Notes under the pieces: generated by a model | What the model was told of the DNA's origin: nothing | Databases searched by the model: none | Seen by the model: only the letters and a program-made list of their open reading frames with translations | In this document: positions 58,311 to 64,000 of the stretch, one piece after another | Position numbering within the stretch: the stretch's first letter is position 1 | Layout of the letters: every line of letters begins with the position of its first letter | Translations under genes and position numbers: made by a program | Sequence record: SRR20825006_652 | Direction: 5' to 3' (one strand) | Length of the DNA: 64,000 bases

Positions 58311-60377
58311 TTGTCTTTTGCAGAATTTGGCCTGAGTCCTGAACTAATGAATGGACTGGCCGATACCAGAATAGAAACCCCAACACCTCTCCAACAATTA
58401 GTAGTACCTGTAGCATTACAAGGCAAACATTTACTTGTAAAAACTGAAGCTGCAGACGAAGGAGCTTTTTTGATTCCTATACTACAAACACTGACGACCA
58501 ATGGAGAGGTTTCCGGCACACGAGTTTTAATATTAACACCATCTATAGAGCGGGCAAGAATTATTGATGAGCGAATTTGGGCTCTGGGCTATCATGCTCA
58601 AATAAGTAGCGCTTCTGTTTCCATGAAAGGAGACAAGAAAGAGCAAGAAAATGCCGTTTTAGATGGAGCTCCGGTGATTGTTGCCAATCCCGGGCGGTTA
58701 GTTGACATATTGGAAAAAACCAGAGTTGGCTTCAAAAATCTCACTACCATAGTGATTGATGAAGCGCATAACATGGAAAATTTTAACCTAGTTAGTAGGG
58801 TGAAGTCTATCTTAGAATTGGTAGAAAACACTCCTCAGGTTATGGTTTTTTCTACGTCAATGAATAAAGCTACTCAAGAGCTTGCTAAGACTGCGCTTGT
58901 CAATCCAGAGTATATCGGCTTTGACGAATCAGAAATTGATGCTTCTGTACCTAAAGAAAAGGAGCCATCGGCACCTCCTGTTGATGAAAAAACAGCGCAG
59001 GAACGATTGAAGAAAATTTCTGTAAAAGTGGTTCTCAATCCTGAAAAGAATCAAGAAAAAACGACCGAAGAAGCCGCTGTTGAAGCCGAGCTGGTGGAAG
59101 AAACTACTTCAGAAACAGAGCTTAATGAAGAAGCATCGAATAATTCGGAAGTACTTGAGGAAACTACAGTTGAGGCTGAAGCGAAATCAGAAGAGAATAA
59201 CGCTGAAGCAACGCTGGAAGTGGCTGAGGTTGCAGAAGTAGAAACTCCTGATCAAACGGATGAGACCGAAGAGGTTTCAAATATTGAAGAAACTAAAGAA
59301 GACAGTGTTTCTCCTGAAGAAAAGCTAAAGAAAGCCAGTGTTAAAGTAGTGCTAAACCCTAAAAAAGAGGAAGAAAGCGCAGTTAAAGGTGAATCTGAGG
59401 AAGCGGAAACTAAAGTTGAAGAAGATGCTCCAGAAGAACAAGCTACTCCTGAAGCGAATGAAGCTTCGGAACAAAAGGATGCTGTTAAGCCAAAAGAAAA
59501 GTTGAAAGCTGCTAGTATCAAAGTAGTGCTTAAGCAAGATCGTGTTGAAGTAGAAGATAATTCTGCGGATAAAGATTCTGATAATGCCAAGCCAGATCCA
59601 ATAACTGGAGACTTGACTCAAGGATATATTAACGTGCCTCCACGGATGAAAATATCCACGTTAATGGCGCATTTGGAAAAATCACCTACCGATAAAGTGG
59701 TAGTTTTTGCCGCTTCAAAGCGTACTACAGATCGTTTATTCCGCATTATTCTTAAGAAAAACTGGGGCGTTGTAAGCGTTCATGAAGGAATCGATCAAGC
59801 AACATTCGACGAACGTTTCGAGAAGTTTACTTCTGGCGAAATGAAAGTCCTTCTTGTTGGTGGGATTCCTGCAAAAGACATCAATATTGATGAAGTAAAA
59901 CAAGTTATTAACTACGACGTGCCGGGAGATGTAGATGAATATCGCTACCGTGCAGAGTTAGTTGGAAATGGAAAAGCCGCTCGCATTGTATCTTTGGTTT
60001 CCAAAATGGATAAAGAAGATATCGATCGTATTGTGAAAGAAGCAGGTTATGCACCTGTTGAAATTACACTTCCAGACGAAATAAAAGAAAAGAAGCAGCG
60101 GAAAAAACCAGCAGCTAAAAAGTCTGATGAGGAGAAGTCTACAAAGCCTAATAAAAGAACGGCTAAAGGTCCAAGGGATAGCAAACGTGGTCGTGGTGGA
60201 AACAATGCCACCCGTAATGATCGCAATAAAGCTAACCCTAAAGCTAAGACTCGTAGCCCGAAAAAAGAATACGAATTGCCAAGACCAAGTTATGATGGGC
60301 TCTCAGGAGGTCGAGATGGTAAAGACTCAGGTAAATCAGGGGGGATGTTTGGTTGGGTTAAAAAATTATTTAACTAG
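58311..60377 (+). CDS. DEAD/DEAH-box helicase-like protein with degenerate ATPase motifs and an acidic insertion
   Basis: Q motif F..FGL..PTPLQ, NPGRL, IDEAH and VINYDVP; likely TTG start 58311 behind AGAGGTG. Confidence 0.85.
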   Translation: MSFAEFGLSPELMNGLADTRIETPTPLQQLVVPVALQGKHLLVKTEAADEGAFLIPILQTLTTNGEVSGTRVLILTPSIERARIIDERIWALGYHAQISSASVSMKGDKKEQENAVLDGAPVIVANPGRLVDILEKTRVGFKNLTTIVIDEAHNMENFNLVSRVKSILELVENTPQVMVFSTSMNKATQELAKTALVNPEYIGFDESEIDASVPKEKEPSAPPVDEKTAQERLKKISVKVVLNPEKNQEKTTEEAAVEAELVEETTSETELNEEASNNSEVLEETTVEAEAKSEENNAEATLEVAEVAEVETPDQTDETEEVSNIEETKEDSVSPEEKLKKASVKVVLNPKKEEESAVKGESEEAETKVEEDAPEEQATPEANEASEQKDAVKPKEKLKAASIKVVLKQDRVEVEDNSADKDSDNAKPDPITGDLTQGYINVPPRMKISTLMAHLEKSPTDKVVVFAASKRTTDRLFRIILKKNWGVVSVHEGIDQATFDERFEKFTSGEMKVLLVGGIPAKDINIDEVKQVINYDVPGDVDEYRYRAELVGNGKAARIVSLVSKMDKEDIDRIVKEAGYAPVEITLPDEIKEKKQRKKPAAKKSDEEKSTKPNKRTAKGPRDSKRGRGGNNATRNDRNKANPKAKTRSPKKEYELPRPSYDGLSGGRDGKDSGKSGGMFGWVKKLFN

Positions 60378-60403
60378 CAAGTATCTGCGATTATTTTGAA
60401 CTG

Positions 60404-60441
60404 AAAAGACTCTTTAAGAAATTGAAGAGTCTTTTTTTTTT
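60404..60441 (+). terminator. Intrinsic terminator
   Basis: AAAAGACTCTT...AAGAGTC followed by T10. Confidence 0.85.
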
Positions 60442-60533
60442 GAGGCTTTAAAGGAATCTTTAAAACCATTGCTATTGATTGTAAATTCAGCAATAATTGA
60501 AGAGAGCATAAATCCTAAATCAGGGAGTTTAAC

Positions 60534-61151
60534 ATGGCTGATTTCATCAAATTATACGAAGAGAATATAGAACCCAGAAAATTAGCGCAAATTGTAAAAG
60601 TGCTTAGAAATGGGGGACTAGTTATTTACCCAACTGATACGGTATATGGCTTGGGATGTGATTTTCAGAATAAAAAAGCACTCGAAAAATTGGCGCTTAT
60701 CAAAGGTGTTAAATTAGCTAAAGCCAATTTTTCATTTATCTGCGAAGATTTGAGAAATTTATCAGATCATGTAAGCCAAATTGAGACGAGCAAGTTCAAA
60801 ATATTGAAACGTGCATTACCTGGGCCGTATACGTTTATTCTTCCAGGTAGCAATAGCCTGCCTCCAATGTTCAAGAAGAAGAAAACAGTGGGTATTAGAA
60901 TCCCTGATAATAAAATAGCTCTAGCTTTAGTGAGGGAACTCGGAAATCCTATAGTTTCGACATCTATTAAAGATGAAGACGAGGTGATTGAGTACACCAC
61001 TGATCCAGAGTTGATATTCGAGAAGTGGGAAAACTTAGTTGATGTAGTTATTGACGGAGGTTTTGGTGGAAATGAGGCTTCTACGGTTTTTGATTTAACA
61101 GGAAGTGAGCCCGTTCTAATTAGAGAGGGAAAGGGAAGTATAGACGTTTAA
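60534..61151 (+). CDS. Sua5/YciO/YrdC family protein (YciO-like)
   Basis: IYPTDTVYGLGC, LPGPYTFIL, TVGIRIP and STVFDL..REGKG motifs. Confidence 0.88.
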   Translation: MADFIKLYEENIEPRKLAQIVKVLRNGGLVIYPTDTVYGLGCDFQNKKALEKLALIKGVKLAKANFSFICEDLRNLSDHVSQIETSKFKILKRALPGPYTFILPGSNSLPPMFKKKKTVGIRIPDNKIALALVRELGNPIVSTSIKDEDEVIEYTTDPELIFEKWENLVDVVIDGGFGGNEASTVFDLTGSEPVLIREGKGSIDV

Positions 61152-61180
61152 AGTTGATTTCAATTCAACCGTTATTTACC

Positions 61181-61214
61181 AAAAAAAAGCCTCCCCACAA
61201 TTGTGAAGAGGCTT
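61181..61214 (-). terminator. Intrinsic terminator
   Basis: Minus strand AAGCCTCTTCACAATTGTGGGGAGGC followed by T8. Confidence 0.75.
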
Positions 61215-61239
61215 AATGAATGCAGCAAAATATTTAAAT

Positions 61240-62466
61240 CTAGCTTGCTAGCTCAGTCGCAGATGCAAATACAAAATCTTTGATTGCAGCGAAAGCTTCT
61301 AAGGTTTTATCAATATGCTCGTTGTTATGTGCCGCTGTAGGAATCAAGCGAATAAGCACGGTTCCTTTAGGTACAACAGGATAAGAAACGCCACTAACAA
61401 AAACGCCATGCTCTTCGCGTAATATGCGCATAATGTCTTGACAAAGATCGGTACTTCCTTGAGTTAGTACTGGAGTAACTGGACTTTCTGATGGGAGAAC
61501 AGTGTATCCTAAATCCACTAAGCCATTTCTCAAGCGCATCGTATTTTCCCAAAGTTTCTCACGCCATTCTGGATGCTGGCGAATCATTTTTAAACGCTCG
61601 CGAGCTGTAACAACGATTGGCATTGGTAACGACTTAGCAAAAATTTGGCTACGAACATTAGCTTTTAGAAATTCGATTACACGAGGTTCAGAAGCAACAA
61701 AAGCGCCAATAAGAGCAACAGCTTTGGCAAAAGTACCGAAGTAAATATCAATTCCTTCTTGGCAACCTAATTGAGTTCCAGCACCAGATCCATCACTTCC
61801 TAGAGTTCCAAAGCCGTGAGCATCATCTACGAGTAAACGAAATGGCACTTCCTTTTTAAGCTCAATAATTTCACGTAGAATACCGAGATCGCCAGTCATT
61901 CCGAAAACACCTTCTGTAATCACTAGTATAGAAGAGTCGTCTTTCTTTTTGGCGGCAGCTCTGTATAATTGTTTTTTGAAACTCTCAATATCATTGTGCT
62001 TAAACACTGAAGTTTCAGCCATAGCCAACTGCTTGCCGTCAACAATACATGCGTGGCTTAATTCATCGTAAATCAAATAATCTTTACGATCTACAAGTGC
62101 ATGTATAACACTCATAATACCTTGGTAGCCATAGTTAAGTAACATGGCTTCAGGTTTGTGCGAAAACTCAGCAAGTTCTTGCTCTAAGAGCTCATGCTCA
62201 GTAGAATTTCCAGTCATTAAGCGAGCACCCATAGGCGAGCTTAATGAGTATTTTGCTGTAGCTTCAGCATCAATTTTTTTAATTTCAGGATTACTTCCAA
62301 CTCCTAAATAATCATTGATACTCCAAACGATTACATCTTTGTCATTGAACTTCATTTCAGGGCCAAGAGGTCCTTCTAGTTTTGGAAAAGTATAGTAGCC
62401 GTAGCCAGCTGAAGTAAATGGTCCTAGCGGACTTGGGCGTCGTTCAAGCTTGTCGAATAAATCCAT
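61240..62466 (-). CDS. PLP-dependent alpha-oxoamine synthase, probable cysteate acyltransferase (SulA/CapB-like)
   Basis: NDYLG, SHACIVDG, EGVFGM, DDAHG, GTFAK (PLP Lys) and RSQIFAKSLP motifs. Confidence 0.85.
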   Translation of the reverse strand: MDLFDKLERRPSPLGPFTSAGYGYYTFPKLEGPLGPEMKFNDKDVIVWSINDYLGVGSNPEIKKIDAEATAKYSLSSPMGARLMTGNSTEHELLEQELAEFSHKPEAMLLNYGYQGIMSVIHALVDRKDYLIYDELSHACIVDGKQLAMAETSVFKHNDIESFKKQLYRAAAKKKDDSSILVITEGVFGMTGDLGILREIIELKKEVPFRLLVDDAHGFGTLGSDGSGAGTQLGCQEGIDIYFGTFAKAVALIGAFVASEPRVIEFLKANVRSQIFAKSLPMPIVVTARERLKMIRQHPEWREKLWENTMRLRNGLVDLGYTVLPSESPVTPVLTQGSTDLCQDIMRILREEHGVFVSGVSYPVVPKGTVLIRLIPTAAHNNEHIDKTLEAFAAIKDFVFASATELAS

Positions 62467-62724
62467 ATAATAATAGAAATAGTTTTGTCTGAATTGGAAT
62501 TAACCTTAACAAATAGATGGAAAACGACAAAAAATAACAAATAAATTTGGTATAGCTCGTTAAACGAGCAAATTTATTGGATGTCCGATTTCTGCTAAGT
62601 CATTAAGCTTTTTATAGTTGGCTGAGATATGAGAAGTCACTCAATTACAAGCTTACAATTTACTGAGATTTTTAGGATTTTTCAGGTCTATTTTAAAATT
62701 CTAAGAATAGAGTAATGGAGTTTT

Positions 62725-64000
62725 TTACTCATCAAAGGCGGGTCTTAGTACAAAAAGTCCTCGATTTATATCACTTACAATAATAGTACCGCTCTTGAAA
62801 TATGGATAGCTACTCCAAGCCCCTTCGAACATTCTATTTGGTTGGGTAAAAGCATCAGGTTCTGTATCGAAAAAGGCGGCTAAAGATAAATTAGCGGAAC
62901 TAATATTGTCCATTCTAAGAACGCGAAGCCCTGATATGTAATTAGTTGCGTAAACGAAATCGCCTTTCACGTAAAGGTTGTGGTCTATTGCTTCAGTATT
63001 GTGTTCGTAAAAGCCGACAAAAGATGGATTATCTAAATCTCTAACATCGAAAACATAGGTTTTTGTAGTTCGGCCTAAGTTATACTCATCAAGTTCATCA
63101 TTCATCAAAAAGTAATCTTGGTCTTCAGTTAACCAACCTTGATGAGCATAATTCATATTAGTTTGTTCGATGAAGCTCAAAGTAGTTGGATTTTCTTTAT
63201 CGGTAACTTCAGAAATTACTAACGATTGTTCGGCGGAGCTAAAACATACTTCTTTACCTGAATAATCAGAATCTGGGCCATTGTAAATCACGCACTGTGC
63301 ATCGTGAATGTACGCTGAGTTACTCACTCTACGTGGAGGAGTGGTGTCTTCGTAACATCCTGCAAAAGTAGGGTTTTTAGGGTCGTTAATGTCAATCATA
63401 TGCAGCCCGCCTGTTGCGCAAATATCTGCATTCGTTACACCCACAGCGTAAGCAAAACCAGTTTCTTCATTTATAACAATGTTATGAGCGTTCGCAATTT
63501 CAGTATATAAAGCATCTTGAGAGAATTGAAGCTCAGTACCACTAAAAGCACGAAGTTTAGTGAGGTCAAAAACTTGCATGCCATGTGCTTGAGCATCACT
63601 TACAATAAATAGATGGTCTTTATAAACTTTATGATCGCGCCAAATCGAAGCTTGAGTATTCGATTTAGCATATTCTGTATCTCCTATCCCAACAGCACAT
63701 GCAGCATAAGAAATGTCATTCGCAGGAATTTTGAACTTACTAGCAGTAGTAGATTCATTAAGTTTACCAATAACAATTGGGTTGTTTGGGTCTGTAACGT
63801 CTACAAAAGAGATCCCATCGGTTAAACCAACCAAAGCGTATTCTTTGTTTGTTTGCGAATCAGTCCAACCCCAGATATCATTTAGATTGTTTCCTCCAAG
63901 TTCCTCTGCGCTAACCACGGAATAGAGGTCAATATTTGAACATTCGTAAATATCGGAAGCCAATCCATTATCGCAGGGAAAGTTGGCAATTGGAGTGTCA
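62725..64000 (-). CDS. Choice-of-anchor B family protein (LVIVD repeats), 5' truncated by the window edge
   Basis: DIWGWTD..EYA, WRDHK, AHN, HDAQC, HQGWL and DHN motifs; frame stays open to 64000 (..DTPIANFPCDNGLASD..). Confidence 0.85.
   Translation of the reverse strand, partial: DTPIANFPCDNGLASDIYECSNIDLYSVVSAEELGGNNLNDIWGWTDSQTNKEYALVGLTDGISFVDVTDPNNPIVIGKLNESTTASKFKIPANDISYAACAVGIGDTEYAKSNTQASIWRDHKVYKDHLFIVSDAQAHGMQVFDLTKLRAFSGTELQFSQDALYTEIANAHNIVINEETGFAYAVGVTNADICATGGLHMIDINDPKNPTFAGCYEDTTPPRRVSNSAYIHDAQCVIYNGPDSDYSGKEVCFSSAEQSLVISEVTDKENPTTLSFIEQTNMNYAHQGWLTEDQDYFLMNDELDEYNLGRTTKTYVFDVRDLDNPSFVGFYEHNTEAIDHNLYVKGDFVYATNYISGLRVLRMDNISSANLSLAAFFDTEPDAFTQPNRMFEGAWSSYPYFKSGTIIVSDINRGLFVLRPAFDE

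Noticed and set aside
633-63925. Numerous 60-150 aa antisense or alternate-frame ORFs in the track (e.g. 633-986, 14662-15018, 25804-26256, 38386-38790, 59252-59590)
   Set aside because: They lie within well-supported genes and have no recognisable motifs; they are shadow ORFs
1-64000. CRISPR arrays, tRNA/rRNA genes, IS elements, prophage genes
   Set aside because: No spaced direct repeats, cloverleaf or rRNA signatures, transposases or phage genes were seen by eye; a tRNAscan/Infernal run would be definitive

Overview
Mostly core-genome DNA from an AT-rich FCB-group bacterium, most likely Balneolaceae/Balneolota. This is inferred from the YPNPFNPST-type T9SS C-terminal sorting domain, the long Cys-free SecA and the choice-of-anchor B protein. 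Housekeeping genes: topA, dnaX-ybaB-recR, rpmH-rnpA-yidC, secA, mnmE, secG. Peptide and amino-acid catabolism: tricorn S41 protease, M1 aminopeptidase, prolidase, POT transporter, LysR-hutHUIG. Also malic enzyme, ppdK, a GbsR/MarR-RND efflux operon and a small AT-rich two-gene islet behind mnmE. I found no rRNA, tRNA, CRISPR array, IS or integrase. Two real genes missing from the ORF track were read directly (rpmH and a YqaE/Pmp3 protein). Main observations: (1) an A9 slippage/frameshift site in dnaX with stops immediately downstream in both alternative frames; (2) three intact ORFs that look like pseudoenzymes: a DEAD-box-like protein lacking Walker A and motif VI with a thrice-repeated motif in an acidic insert, an SRAP/YedK protein lacking all three catalytic residues, and a degenerate PPGK-like ROK protein; (3) a candidate switchable 5' leader RNA upstream of a T9SS cargo gene; (4) a probable sulfonolipid cysteate acyltransferase; (5) a eukaryote-like prolidase; (6) a zero-gap divergent amn/NUDIX pair.
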